From: the human T2T-CHM13v2.0 reference genome, Homo sapiens
DNA: 64,000 nt
Direction: 5' to 3' (one strand)
NCBI RefSeq assembly: GCF_009914755.1
Contig: NC_060938.1
The translations under genes were made by a program, and so were the position numbers. Below are positions 28,871 through 43,779 of the stretch, one piece after another. The stretch's first letter is position 1. Every line of letters begins with the position of its first letter. The notes beneath the pieces are model-generated. The model saw only the letters and a program-made list of their open reading frames with translations. It searched no databases and had not been told where the DNA came from.

Positions 28871-30264
28871 GATTATCGGCCAGTTGTTAAGATTTTCTTC
28901 CTTCAAAGCATGAAAATTCATGCAAAACTCCTGAGCTGGAATCCAGGATGTGAATTCCTTGCTGGAGGGACTCCAGAGATCTGCTCTCAAGGGGGACTGG
29001 GAACGTCCATCTGAGTGGAAATTCACAGGGGACCCTGCAGGTTTCCAAGTACCCACATTTTGGGCCCCATCAGAACGCTATTAGCTACATAAAATATTCA
29101 AAGCAATAGCCAAGAGGGAGGCCCCTTTGCCAAGGTTCCCCAAGCTTGTCCTCTGGAATTGATTACTTGAATCCTTTCAGAAACGCAGAAATAAAACGAT
29201 GCCAGGGCGGATGGACAAGCTGCAGATTGGCTCATGTTTCTAATCCAGCAGCCCCCCTTCCCCCTCCCACCCCGGAACAAAGTCTTCTCCAGTTTTTAGT
29301 AAACTTAACTTGACAATCGTCAAAGGGAATCAAATGGCGCAGAAACGAAGCTTCTAAAAGATGTCAGAAGAAGTCAGAATCAGTAGAAATCTACTATGTG
29401 TCCCACCCACCCCCTCCCCTGAATTAGTACTTAAATCTTTTAGGAACAGGCCCTAGGGGCTGGACGATTTAACTTGCTGGCAAGAATGCATTCAGGAAGG
29501 GCACTCGTGTTTATTTTGGGTATTACCTTCTCGCCTCTTTAGTGTAATCCCCCCAAGGCTTAATCCGAGCATTATTGGGAAGACACCAATTAGCAGCAAC
29601 GGCTCCTCACCCCAAATCCCCAAATCCAAGGGAGAAACCCCTGGAAGGGAGATAATTAGCTGAAGGTGCTGCTCTGGTATCTGCAGGCTGGAGAGTGGGA
29701 GCTGGCCCCCAGACCACCAACAGACTGAGGGGACTCTTAACAGCTTGGCCCAGCATGTGTCCCCAAACATGCCCTTGCTTTATCAGAAGAGCCTCTGCCA
29801 GCTAAGTAGATTTTCCCCACGTCCTCTGCTCCTAAATAACCCCAGCTGGGGACTTCTCTCCACACAATGCCTCTTTACGGCACAAAGATGTAGCACCGAC
29901 CAGGCCGAGGTGCATCCGCAATGTCTGGGTACGGCTGGCTTGCTAAGGCTTCATCCCGCTAAGGGCTTCACCTCCTCTGGTCACGTACAGTGGGACCAGA
30001 TTCTTGGGTCCAGGTCCTACTGAGGATGGGGGTGGTGGAGGCACAATTCATCATCATTGATCGTCTCCCACAGGCCAAGCCCTGAGCTGGGCAATGTATA
30101 AATGTAATGTAATTCCATGTGAAGACCCCCCTCCCATACCGCTGCAGCTGCAGCTGACCACCTCGTCTCTATTTGGATGCCCTGAGAAGGACAGGGCAGC
30201 TCAGTGTGGCCACTCATGGTGGAAGGGCGCTCAGCTCAGCCAGGACAGGGTAACTAGTGTATAA

Positions 30265-30774
<510 letters not shown>

Positions 30775-32079
30775 TACTGCTGTTTTCTTTTTGCAATAAA
30801 ACAGAATGTCTGCAGCCTGCTTGGGTTGAGCAATTTTCTCTCTGACCATGATACTGAGGGATTGGTCTGCTAGAAACCAACATGGTGAACTGAAAAGGAT
30901 GCAGATCAGAACTGGGCCCCAAAATGGTGCCTCTGCCAGACCTGGCTGGGTGATGGGGATAGGTCACCTATCATCTCTGAGCCATGGTTTCCCCATCTGT
31001 CAGGCTGAAAGAGAACCTGGCTGGCACATTTGGGTACATGAGTGGGACTCAATGAATGAGTTTCCCTTCCTCATCTATGAGTTGAGGTCAATGCATGTTC
31101 TGGGAAAGTTTTAACCAGAAAGATCTTGGATGGCAGTTTCTTGGTCTGATGGAGACACAGTCCCCCTTCCGAACTCTTTTTGATCTTGTGAAAAGTGACC
31201 CAGCCTCATATTACACACACATACTGGGTTCTAGAAAGGGAACCTTAAAACATTTCAACACTAAATGTTCCCTGGAGGCTAAACCTGAGTCTGGGACCTG
31301 CCTCAAGGCTGTTGCCCTGTGACCTTGGGTGAGGCACGGACCTTCTCTGCTCCTCTGTTTCCCGGGAGACAGCCCTGGGCTAATGACCCCCACTTCCAAT
31401 GGGACCAGAGGAGCAGGTAACACACACATGCTGTGAGACCACAAGGCCATTATCAGCAACGGCGGCTTCATGTAGCAGGGTGAGGTCAACTGGGCAGAGA
31501 GAGAAGCTTACTCTTGTGTGAAAAGCTTCAGTACTGCACATGGAACAAGCCCAGGGCCAGTCATCCCAAGCAGTAGACCCTATGACCTCAGCCATGTCAC
31601 CGTCTCCAGGCCTTCATCTTCTCATGTTTCCATGAGGGTATTCGATGGGACAGTCCCATTCTAAGAATCTGTTTTGGAGGTGGCTAGACTGTGTCCTGCC
31701 AATCCCTGGGGTTGTCCTGTAAGGACAGGCATCCTTGAGTTTGTAGATTGATTCTGTAGGTCTCAAGCGGGCCTCTCTCTCAAATAGGTAGATCTTGGGC
31801 TTCATTCATTCATGGGCTTTCTGCTTAACATGTATGTCAAGAACAGACTTAAAAGGGAATTGTTCTAGAAAGCAGACTGGCCGTGGCTTCTTGGCCAGCG
31901 ACCAGGGTGAGATGAGCTTGCAGGAGCCACCTAGAGCAGCTCATCCCGTGATACAACCATAATTGTGTGGCCAACTATCTGTTCTCACGCATGATTTCAC
32001 GCATGAAGCTCTCTTGCATTTCATGGGAAGTGCTAGGACCCCACTTTGTAGGAAGGTGTCATGGAGTTGCAGAGAGAGG

Positions 32080-32270
32080 CAGGACTTTGCGGCCTAACAG
32101 CCTGGGTCAGATCCCAATTGCACCCCTTGCCCATTGTATCTGAACTTGGGCCAGACCCTTGGCCTCTCTGAGCCTCAGTTTTCTCATCTGCACACTGGGG
32201 ATCATGACACCTACCTCTCAGGTTGTTTGGAAGACTAGAGGGCAGAAGGTGCAAAGTAAAGGCACCTGCA
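32080..32270 (+). mobile_element. MIR
   Basis: cagcctgggtcagatccca...ctctctgagcctcagttttctcatctg...acctacctctcaggttgt. Confidence 0.8.
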
Positions 32271-32419
32271 GAAAGGAGAAGAAGGGGCCCCATCCCTAAC
32301 TTTCCCTTCTAACCTGCCACCAAGGCATCCAGCTCTCCTGATGTCTTCCATCTTCTCAGGAATGCTGAGCAGGTTTGATCTCGGGGATAGCAGAGACCAG
32401 CACTAGGCTGTCCCTTTAT

Positions 32420-32720
32420 TCACTGCCTCTTGTATTCATTGAGTGGCTATTACTGAGCACTTACTGTGTACTCTGTCTAGTGCCAGGTCCTGGGGATACA
32501 GAAATGGAGAAGCCCCATGCCTTGCTTTCAAATGTTTATTATCTAGAAAGGAGAGAGATGTGAACAATCGCTGAGTGTGCAGGTGGTGGGGGACACACAT
32601 CACAAGAGCCCACAGAAGAACAGGGAGGGCCACCCTTCTATAAAGCAGAGGGTTTGGGTGCCAGGATCCAAGGAACCTCTCCACCTGCTGAATGGAGAGC
32701 AGTAGCCAAAGGAATTCCCC
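32420..32720 (-). mobile_element. L2 fragment
   Basis: tactgagcacttactgtgt...gtgccaggtcctggggatacagaaatg. Confidence 0.6.
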
Positions 32721-33107
32721 TGAGTCCTGTGTTTGGGGATCTTTGCCTAAGTTAATGCTGCATGCGGATGGAAAGGTCCTCACCGGCCCACCCTGCCACT
32801 CTCCTGCAGTGGGCCTCAACTTCCCGCATGGGTCTTCCTCCCGAAAGCCCTGAGCTATGACCCCATACTCTGGGACACACCATAAGCCCCAGTGATGCAC
32901 AAGCTGCACACCTCATACGAAGGCTATCCTCCTCTGCCCCTCCAGTTAGCGTTTGGTGGGAGCGCACAGAAGCCCCCAAGATCCCCCACCAGAACCCTCA
33001 ACCTGCAGACCCCAAAGAAAGGCGCTTCTAAAGGCAGATACCACTTCACAATCCTCCACAAACCTCCCCTCTCCTGCTGCCTTCCAGCTTTCTTCCTTCC
33101 CCCTGCA

Positions 33108-33350
33108 AACACACACACAGACACACACATACACACAGAGACACACAAACATACACACAGACACACACATATGCACAGAGATGCAGAGACACACACAGAC
33201 ACACACATACAGAGACACACAAACATACACACAGACACACACATACAGAGATGCAGAGACACACACAGACATACAGAGACACACAGACACACACATACAC
33301 ACACACAGAGACACACATAGACACACACATACAAACACTGTCTCACACGC
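33108..33350. repeat. Degenerate (CA)/(GA) tract
   Basis: Repeating acacacacagagacac units. Confidence 0.9.
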
Positions 33351-34551
33351 ATGCCTCCCCTTTCAGCAGTCTGTCTTTCACACGATTGAGTGTTATTTCA
33401 CAGAAAAAGGGAATTCTGGAAGAAAGGGCTAAGATTGCCTGTGGATTGGCGGGTAACTCCTGGTGAGTCACCAGACCTCAGAAAGACAGCGCATGAAACT
33501 GTCTGCCAAGGAGGTGGAGAACCGGCCCCCAGAGGCTCATCTGATCCTTTCCCTCCCTCCTCTGCAATGAAATATCAGGGAAAGGGCAGTGGGGTGAATT
33601 ATGTGAATAGATGCGGTATTTTATGAAATACAAGAAGAAAAATGCTCTAAAACCCATAATCATAAACACAGCATATGGAAAAATGAAAGCGCTAGTTTTG
33701 AGTTAGAAGCATCTTTTATCTACTCCCACTCCCTCCACTTTCTGGTCAATATTAGATACATAATCAGAGAAATGCTTAAATTTCACCAAAGGCTTGCTTG
33801 AGTTGGAAGCTTGATTTTTTTTTTTTAGAAGAAATTCCCCACCATCCATTCTACTGCAAAGATTTTCTTTCTCAAGTGCTTTCACCTGTCAAAAGCCCTC
33901 TGTCCAGATACTTAGCAGATCCCTCCACTCTCTCATTCTGCAAGGCAGAGGGAAGAGGAGGCTACATTGAGTGAGTGTCTACCATGAACCAGGCTCAGAC
34001 ACAGACATCTGGCATCTCATGCCGGCCTCTCAGAGGGGCTGCGAGGACAGTGGGCTGCCCACGGGCTCTCGGGTTCAGAGAGGCAGTGAGCCTGGCTGAA
34101 GGGCACCAGCTAGGAAATGGCAGAGCCAGATTCTGCACATCCCCAAAGCCCAAGACACCTCCCTACCTCCCAGACTTCTCCATTTGAGTATATGCGCCCT
34201 GACGAAAAGCAGAGAAATGCGATGCGGGATATTTTCCCCACAACAAACCCAGGTTCAAACTCAGGTGCTCTCGTGCTTCCGAATTTGTTATTCTGCTCCT
34301 AGAGACAGCCACGAGAAAAGACTGCTTGGCCACGTTTTTCTATTTGACATATTCCCTCCCTCTCTTTCTCCCTCTCTCCCTTCCTTCTTTCTTCCTTTTC
34401 TTTATTTCTCCCTCCCTTCTTCTCTCCCTTTCCCTCCCTCTCTTCCTCCCCCTTTCCCTCTGTTGATTATTAGTCTTTCTCTTATTTATTGAGATCAGAC
34501 ATATACCATAACATGCACACATCTTTCTGCTTGTATGAATTTTTACATTAA

Positions 34552-34864
34552 CTGTCATGCACGGCATAAGAACATTTCAGACAATGAGTGACTGCGTATA
34601 CGACAGTGGCCCCGTAAGACCGTAACGCTATATTGTCACTGTACCTTTTCTGTATTTAGATAGGTTTAGATACACAAATACTTACCACCATGTCACAATT
34701 GCCTATGCTATTCAGTGCAGTAACACGCTGTACAGGTACGTGGCCTAGGAGAAATAGGCTGTACCATATATCCTAGGTGTGTAGTAGGCTGTGCCATCGA
34801 GGTTTATGTAAGTACACTCTATGATGTTTGCACAACAAAATCATCCTTGGGTGATGCATGACTG
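34552..34864 (+). mobile_element. Tigger3a/MER7A TcMar DNA transposon
   Basis: Termini ctgtcatgc...gcatgactg followed by TA; internal actgtaccttttc...tttagatacacaaatacttacca...cctaggtgtgtagtaggct. Confidence 0.88.
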
Positions 34865-35020
34865 TACAGGCATCCATAAAGTCACCGCTCAGATCAAGGT
34901 ATAGGACAATTCCAGGCTCTCTCACACCCCTTCCCAGTCACCCCTTCCTGGTTTCCCACCCCTCGCCTCCCCAAGTTAGATAAGGACTATCCTGATGGTT
35001 AACACCATCGATGGGTTTCA

Positions 35021-35332
<312 letters not shown>

Positions 35333-35747
35333 TCACTGTTTCTTAAGCTTCATCTAAATAGAGTTGGGCTCCCTCTGCTCATCTTTGTGTCTGTGAAATT
35401 ACTCCTTCTTTTTGCATGCATCAGTATATTGCTCTGATTTATTGCTGTGTAGTTTTTCCATTGGGCAACTGTGTAGGGATAGCTTGGTGATAAGTGAGTA
35501 AATAATTAACGAGTTTTTAAACTCCGAATGGACATTTGTTTGTTTCCAGTTTTTAGCTAATGTATGCAATGTTGCTATGAGCATTATTGCACCTGCCTTT
35601 CAACGGATATAAACACTCATTTCACTGGGGTATATGCTGAGAGTAGAATTACTAGGTCATGATGTATAGGATGCTTTTATTGATTACTGCTATTCTTATT
35701 CCAGCAGTGATACACATTATTGTAAAGAGTTAAATAAAGAAAAGTTA

Positions 35748-36054
<307 letters not shown>

Positions 36055-36079
36055 TTAAACCCCACCTCCCCAGACCCAT

Positions 36080-36530
36080 CCTTCCTGGGTATAATCTAAT
36101 ATGCTTCTCTACATGTTCATGCAACATACATGTACACATGTTCAACACATATGGTGTTTTTGCATTTCTTTCTTTTTCTTTTTCAAAAACAAAAATGAAA
36201 TCACTCTCAAACACTACTTGGTGACTTGCCTTTTTTTTTTGCTTAAACTTTGCGTATGTTGGCCATTACCAGACTGATCCATATATGTCTACTCACTCTG
36301 TTTAATAGCTATATAATGTCTGAGAATATGGATATACAATTATTTGTTCAATCAGCATCCTCTTTTGACGGAAGTAATTTCCAGGTTTTTCATCTTGACA
36401 CACAATTCCACAATGAAAATTTTGAGACAGATGTCATTTAGTACCACTGGGGCTTTTTCTTGTAAAGCGTAGATTACAAGCATTGCCATTTCTGGGCCAA
36501 AGGATATGTGTGTTTTAAGATGTAATATAT
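36080..36530 (-). mobile_element. Ancient L1ME-like fragment
   Basis: aatagctatataatgt...gatatacaattattt...ttgccatttctgggccaaaggatatgtg. Confidence 0.5.
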
Positions 36531-36534
36531 CCAG

Positions 36535-37185
<651 letters not shown>

Positions 37186-37231
37186 CCAGCAATGACTTTC
37201 TAAATTCATTTCTTTACCAAGTTTAGCAGAC

Positions 37232-37675
37232 ATTGTGGTGTCCCAGCCCTGTCTCTTCAGCACCGCTGGTTCCACTATATTCCAGCAGCATCCTACTGCA
37301 AGCACCCAAGACTGTCCACCTGCAGGCTTCCTCATGGCCCACCTGGTGGAGCAGACAGGAGTCCTGGGGAGAGGATGCTCCTGGGAGCAGCCCTCCACCC
37401 ATGAGTGAAGAGAGGTAGAAAGAAATGCCCCCACTTCCTTGCCCCTCGGGTGGGACACAGTTTGCATTCTCCTGAGGTCCCCAGTGGGATTGAGCTTCAA
37501 AAGCTGCAACGATAGCTTACTAGGTCATGAACCTTCTGTTGCTTTTCTTGCCTTCTCTCTCTCACTTCCCCACCCACTGCCTTAGCTGTACTTCCTGGGA
37601 TTATTTCCCAAATCAACTGCAATGCTCACATCCTAGTCTCAGGGTCAGCCTCTGGGAGACCCAACCCAAGACACC
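37232..37675 (+). mobile_element. LTR16-like ERVL solo LTR
   Basis: gaggtccccagtgggattgagc...cttcctgggattatttcccaaatcaact...gtctcagggtcagcctctgggagacccaacccaagaca. Confidence 0.7.
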
Positions 37676-38619
37676 AGCTACTGAACAGCTGCCATGACCC
37701 CAACACTGTACTCTGCCTTGTGGAGAAGACACAAGTGTGTCAGCTCACTGTACAGCCAGGTGCAGAAACAAGATGCCCATGGCTTGCCAGGAAGCTCCTC
37801 CACCCCATATCAGGGAGCAAGTTAAGGCTGAAAGAGTCCAGAGAAGAGAATAACCTCAGAGGTGGCCATATCTTGGACATCCTGGGAGACTTGTGCAGGG
37901 CAGCACCTATGGTGGGAAAAGATGTGGGGAAAGAGAGAGGGTAAACCGGTCAGGAGGCCTGGCACATGCAAAGGTCTGGGAACTGGAACACGCAAGCTCT
38001 ATGTAGCGTAAGGGATGTCTTGGATTCAGCCATGGGCTTGTGACTTACCTCTGCTTTGCAGAAGCTGGGAGGGTGGGGGCAAATCACTTGGATGCTTGGA
38101 GCCTGTATGTTCTTCTCTATAAAATAGAGGCAAAATGGTGCCCACCACTGGAGTTTCTGGGAAGATCTAGCAAGTTGGCCTGCATGGATGTGCTTTGCAA
38201 AGTGTGATGCAGATGGTAGTCATTTGGGTACATGCTTCCTTGAGAGGGTGGACATCTGTGCCTAGGGGCTTAAAAGGCTGCCATAAGCCCCCTACTTTAA
38301 CCCCCCACCCCACCATACACACACACACTGCTCAGAGCCATTTGGAGCAGTGGGATTCTTGAAATGAGAGAGGTCACAAAAGGCTGTCATTTCCAGTGAT
38401 CTTTGTGCTATAATGAATAGTAAGGTTGCATTTTTAATGACCTTGCCAACATGACCAGAATGCCCCTGAGCAACACAGAAAAAGGATTTCTTACTAATTT
38501 TATTTTCCCCCAATCTATGGACTGCCTGCAAAGTGCCTGGCATGGTGCTTGGGCTACAGGAGACATGGAAATAAAGAGCCGCACGCAAGCCATGAGTAGC
38601 TCACGTTCTGCTTGGAGAT

Positions 38620-39120
38620 GCAGACTGTAAACAGCTGGGTGACTTTGAGTAAGCCATCTCACTGCTATGAGCCTCAGCTTTCTCATCTGCGAAATGGGGA
38701 GAACTCCATCAGTCTCACACAGCTACTCAAAAGATTGAATCAAGCTGATAGATGTGAAAGAACCCATCAGGCCCTTGCCTGGGAGCCCAGGAAATAAGAA
38801 TTATGATAGCCCACTCTGTGCTCACAGTCATGGAAGCACATGACAGACACGCTGAACCCAGAGCTTCAGCCTTTTGGGGCCAACATTTGCAGAGTATCTT
38901 CCAGGCCTTACCTTGTGCAGGTGTTTTGCAGACATTATGATTGGAAACACTCAAGATAACAAGCTGTGGCCTAGTCAGTTCTATGTTATTGATAAGGAAG
39001 CTGGGGCCCAGAAGGGTGGAGTGATTTGCCCAAAGCCACACAGTTCACAGGTTGCTGGAGCCAGGATTCCAGCCCATGTCCGTCTGATTCTAAGGCCCAT
39101 GCCTGCCCACGTGCTGCTAT
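38620..39120. mobile_element. Two MIR fragments in opposite orientations
   Basis: + strand: agctgggtgactttgagtaag...gagcctcagctttctcatctg; - strand: gataaggaagctggggcccagaaggg...tgcccaaagccacacag. Confidence 0.7.
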
Positions 39121-39312
39121 TGAAGTCTCCTGTGTGCAGTGTCAAAGCCCTGACATGATCACTCCAGAGGAAGGTCACTGTTGAGCCCTCCCTTCTCCTC
39201 TCATCCTCATACTCTGGGTTGACAACTGGGGGCTCAGAAAGCATCAAGTTCTAGAATGCTGGAGTTAGGAGGCTGTAGGAGTGTCTAAATAAACCAATCC
39301 AACCATTATATA

Positions 39313-39494
39313 AGAAAATGTTCTAAAATTGATTGTGGTGATGGTTATACAACTTTTTATTATACTCTGAATTTTTATTACAGTTTTTATTATACTTTGA
39401 ATATGAATTTTATACTTTAAATGGGTGAATTGTATGGTTTGTGAATTATATTTCAATAAATCTTTTAAAAGGTAAAAAAAAAAAAAAAAAAAAT
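39313..39494 (+). mobile_element. L1MB-type extreme 3' end with poly(A)
   Basis: gaaaatgttctaaaattgattgtggtgatggtt...tactttaaatgggtgaattgtatgg...tcaataaa and an A run. Confidence 0.85.
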
Positions 39495-41494
39495 CTACTG
39501 CATGCTGGGAGCTCTTCCGCACACACACCGTGGCAGCAACAGACTCCATCGGGCTCCTTCCCTGCCCTAAAGCAGACGACAAGGAACTTGGAGCAGCAAG
39601 CAGATCAGAGCTTTGAGAGTCACCAAGACATTTTGCAAAAAGAAAGAAGGGAAGAGGAGGAGGGGATCCATCCTGCCTGAGGGCTGGGGGCTGGCTTTTT
39701 GCAGAAGCTGGTTTAACAAGTTGCTGAGGGATGGGCAGGCAGGACCTCAGCAGGCTTCAGGGACACTGGGCAGTGCAGGAAGAGGGGCTCATATGAGCAG
39801 GACACAGAAGAGGGCTGTGAGGCTGTTTCCCCCTGTGGTGGGACTGGGAAGGGAGGACAGGTGGAAGGGAGGGAAGGAAGAAATCTAGAACAAGAGAACA
39901 ACATCAGATGCGCTATGGAGTTTGGACTACATTCTGTTGAGTTGAAGGGAGCTTCTGCAGTTGAGAGCTAGGGCAGGAGGACAGAGACAGCTGGCCTCAG
40001 GGACGGAGAAGTCAGCTAGAACATTTCTCTCCATTCCCTTGCTCAAACTACTCCCTGGGACAGAAGGGATGGTGCAAGACAGAGAAGGGGATGAGGTTGA
40101 AGTGGTTAGCAGCAGGAGGGAAGTTCAAAATATTTAGCAGCCGGAATGATGTGGACGTTGACCAACCAGGTGGACATCAGCTTTAACCAGTCAACACAGA
40201 GATGCTGGTATGAGCTAACTGGACACTAGCTCTGATTGGCTTTAGAGGGCAGCATTGACTTAGGGTACCAAAATGGTTCCCCAGGACCTTAACACTTTTT
40301 CCCTTGATGCGATTAATCTAGAAGAGTCCCGCTGTCTTAGAAATGTCCACTCTGTCCCAAGTGAACAATGCCCTCTTTATAACATCTGTTGAAGGGCTCT
40401 CTGACCTGGTACTGCCAGAGAAGATGCCCAAAGGCTGGGGGGCAAGGGGCACACCTGTTCACACCTGCAATAGCATCACCTTAAGGAGCTGGGAGCAAAC
40501 CAACCAGGGGCCACCCGATGACAAAAATGAAACATGTTGGGTGACTCGTCTTTGCTAGTGTTTGAAAATCCGTCAAAGGTTTTTAATTAAAGTTAAGAGG
40601 ATCTTTGAGGAGCCTGGGCCTTCCCGGTCTATGAATGTGGGATTAGTTCTGGGTGGTGGGTGGTGGGTATGAGGTCTTATTTAGGAGATTGTCTGAGAAC
40701 CTAGCACATTGACTTTTCCTGGGCTCCATTTCTATGAGGATTTCTAACCCCCCAGTGGGCTTAATCTTTGCTATTTACTTTGCTGTGAATACCCAAAGTC
40801 ACCAGTTTAAGTTCTTTTAATTTTTCTCTTTAGAACTCAGGTCTCCCAACCTCTAGTCAAAAAGTATTTGTGTTACCCCCTAAGGCCTCCTCTTGTTTTT
40901 TAAGAAAACGGCCAATGATCCTTGGAATGGCTGACATTTTTTCTAACATTTGCTTACATTTTTAACATATTTTTACCCTGTCCTGACTTCCTAGTTCCAA
41001 AAGGCATCTGAATTCCTGTGGTTCTATCCGACTGGCCTGGTAGCAGCACCGATTTAATAGATAGGCCCAGCTGTAGAAAACCCAACACAGTGAAATGGAG
41101 ACATTGGAATTTAGAAAACAGAATCCTTGAGCATTGAAAGAAAACTTGCGTTGTAAAAGGATTTTCTCCTTCAACAAAGCTTTCTTCTGGATTAGCAGAC
41201 CCACTTTGCTGCATGAAGGGTCTGGTCAACCAAAGCACGTCCTTTGCACCTACTGTGTGTCAAGCACTGAATGAGGCATTAGGAAGAGCTACAAGATGAT
41301 GCTATGGTGTGGAACAAGCTATCATAGGAGCAAGGACATGGGAGAGCAGGGAACAGAACAGTTAATCAACTACTGCTTCAGAACACATGATTCTCAACTA
41401 ATCTCCCTGTCTTCCTTCTCTAAGCCCCATATTCCTATGGCAGAGACCTTACCACTGTTACCTTGAGTGAGAATTGGTTGGTAGAGGTATCTCA

Positions 41495-41600
41495 AGAACA
41501 GTAGTAAACGTTTATCTCTAATCCCTTCGTCCTTAGCTCAGTGACCAGCACATAGTAGGTGCTCAGTAAATGTTTGGTGAATCAATAAATCAACAAGCAA
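41495..41600 (+). mobile_element. L2 3' end
   Basis: gcacatagtaggtgctcagtaaatgtttggtgaatcaataaat. Confidence 0.75.
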
Positions 41601-42110
41601 GTGATAAGACTAGGGCAGATGGTGGCACCAGAATCTAAGACCTCTCCCAGCTGGGTTCTGGGGAGACTGTTACAGCATGAGCCAGCAGAAAACAAATTCT
41701 ACTTCTTAAAAATTCAAATTTCATGGAACATTTTCAGGCCCTGGGTGTTCCAAAATTAGAACTTGGTGTTAGATGGAGGGGGAAACTGCGATGATCGGTC
41801 CTGGTGTGGGCTAGAGACAGGAAAGTAACAGGAAAGGCCACTTATGGAATGATTGAGTGGTTGGCTGATTCAATCAGGAGTTTGTTGGAAGAGCTCTGGA
41901 ATTTTCCCACTGGAGAATGCAGGCTGAATAGAATGGGGTTCAGCAGCAATTGAAGATGGCATCTGAAACCCCATTTGGATTTTGCTTTTACTCTGAGGTT
42001 TGAAAACCATTAGCATGTGCTCACTAGTTTCCAGGGCTCTCCCAGTGCAGCTCCCCAAATTTCATGCTGTTCCCAGAACCACAGAGCATTCAGGCTGGAA
42101 GGGTCTTCAG

Positions 42111-42201
42111 TAGGGTGGCCAACCATCCTAGTTTGCTCAAGACTGTCCTGGTCTTAGCACTGAAAGTTTCATGTCCTGGAAAAACTGAGACAGTCACTTT
42201 A
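42111..42201 (+). mobile_element. MER81 hAT-Blackjack MITE
   Basis: tagggtggccaaccatcctagtttgc...gactgtcctggtcttagcactgaaagt. Confidence 0.8.
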
Positions 42202-42219
42202 GTTTTAGAGACTATCAAC

Positions 42220-42600
42220 GGACCCAGACAGACCAAGGTTCAGGCCTCAGGACTTCCACCTCCTGGCAACATGATTTCAGGTAAGGTGTTTTGTCCTTCT
42301 AAGCTTTGGTTCCTTCCTCTTTAAAACAGGGAGTGTAACAGAGCCTTCCTAGGCACTGCATGTATATCAGATGGCACAGAACCTGGCCCCTATGAAGCAG
42401 TCAATAAATGATAGTTGCTATTATTATTGTAGTAATTATTATCATTGTCCTCCTCATCATTATTATATTCCAAATGCCTCATCTCACAGATGAAGCCCAG
42501 AAACAAAACTGGTTGGTCAAGGTCTCCAAGTGGGGCTTAGTGGAAAAGCCGGGACTCAAAGCAATACCTGTGACTCCTAATCTAGTGCTCTTCCTTAAAC
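42220..42600. mobile_element. MIR fragments in both orientations
   Basis: tctaagctttggttccttcctctttaaaacaggg...tcaataaatgatag; cacagatgaagcccagaa...ggtcaaggtc. Confidence 0.6.
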
Positions 42601-42704
42601 CAGACCAATGGAGTCATGGGCCCCATCTGTGCAGCTTTCAGGCCAATGCCAGCCACTCTCCAGGACACATGCTTGTTTCATGTTCAAGGGCAAAAGCCAT
42701 TGCA

Positions 42705-43202
42705 ACCGTTGGAGCTCTTCATTCATAAGCAACAAAAACAGGTTCTTGCAAACCAAGAAGAAAGAGAGTTTATGGGAAGAACATCGGGTCTCCAGGGACC
42801 ACATGGCAAGCTGAGGAGCCAATCTGGAATAGATGATAGATGGGTCAGGCAGGGCAGGATGGCACTGCTGGCAGCAGGGACGTACAATTTTTGCACCAAG
42901 GTGCTGCCATGAGAATGAGTGAACTCCAAAGTTGCTCCACCCTTGAGATGACCTGAGAGTCCAAGGTCCAGGACAGAAAGCGCAGCTGACTGAACTGCTT
43001 GGCAGGGGTGGGCGGGGAAAGATGAGTGGGACAGAAGGGGCCTCAGGGTCTCCTCTGTTTCTGCAGTGGGAGGGCAAACCCCAGGACTTGGTCCCCTATC
43101 AAGACTGCACTCTAAGGAGGTGCCCCAAAAAGAAATCAGAGAGCAATGAGGGAGGGAAAATGAGTGTTAGGTGGGTGGCCATAAACAACAACTGTCTACT
43201 CT
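42705..43202 (-). mobile_element. Very old MLT1-type LTR
   Basis: aagcaacaaaaacagg...gagagtttatgggaag...; ends aacaacaactgtctact. Confidence 0.5.
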
Positions 43203-43779
43203 AGCTATGAGCTTGGTGAAGGTTGTTCTGCAACTCAGTCTGGAGCAGTTAGATTCTGGCCTGAACTCAGTCCCATTTCCAGAAGGGACCTGCCCGAGGG
43301 ATGGGATGTATTCATGTCAAATAATCCCCCCGCCCCCGTTTTCTTCTCTTGCTACCACTTTCCCTCTCCAATGTGACACTTTTTCTCCCAAGGGCCACTT
43401 CCTTTGCTCTCCCAGCCTGATTTGACTTCCTCAAATGGGGACCCCTTTGCCCAGGAAGCCCATTTTTTGGCTGGACTAAGATCACAGCTGGCTGCAACCT
43501 TTGAATTGCATAAAACCCAAGTCAAGCTCTCTCCTTGGAACAAAGTTGCTGCAATTTGGTGAAACCACTGTAATGAAACAGTAATAAACATCCAAGAAAC
43601 TCTCGGTGTGAACAGGGACCAGAAGGCTGTTTTTCTCCAAATGGGTCCATTTTCACTTTGTCTTTTTTCAAAACGTTCATAGTGATGACTTGCTGAAAAC
43701 CTGGACTACACCGTGTTGTTTTGAAGTCTAGGCTGTCTTCAATTTTTTTTTTCTTTTCCTCCCTCTGATTTAACTTGCT

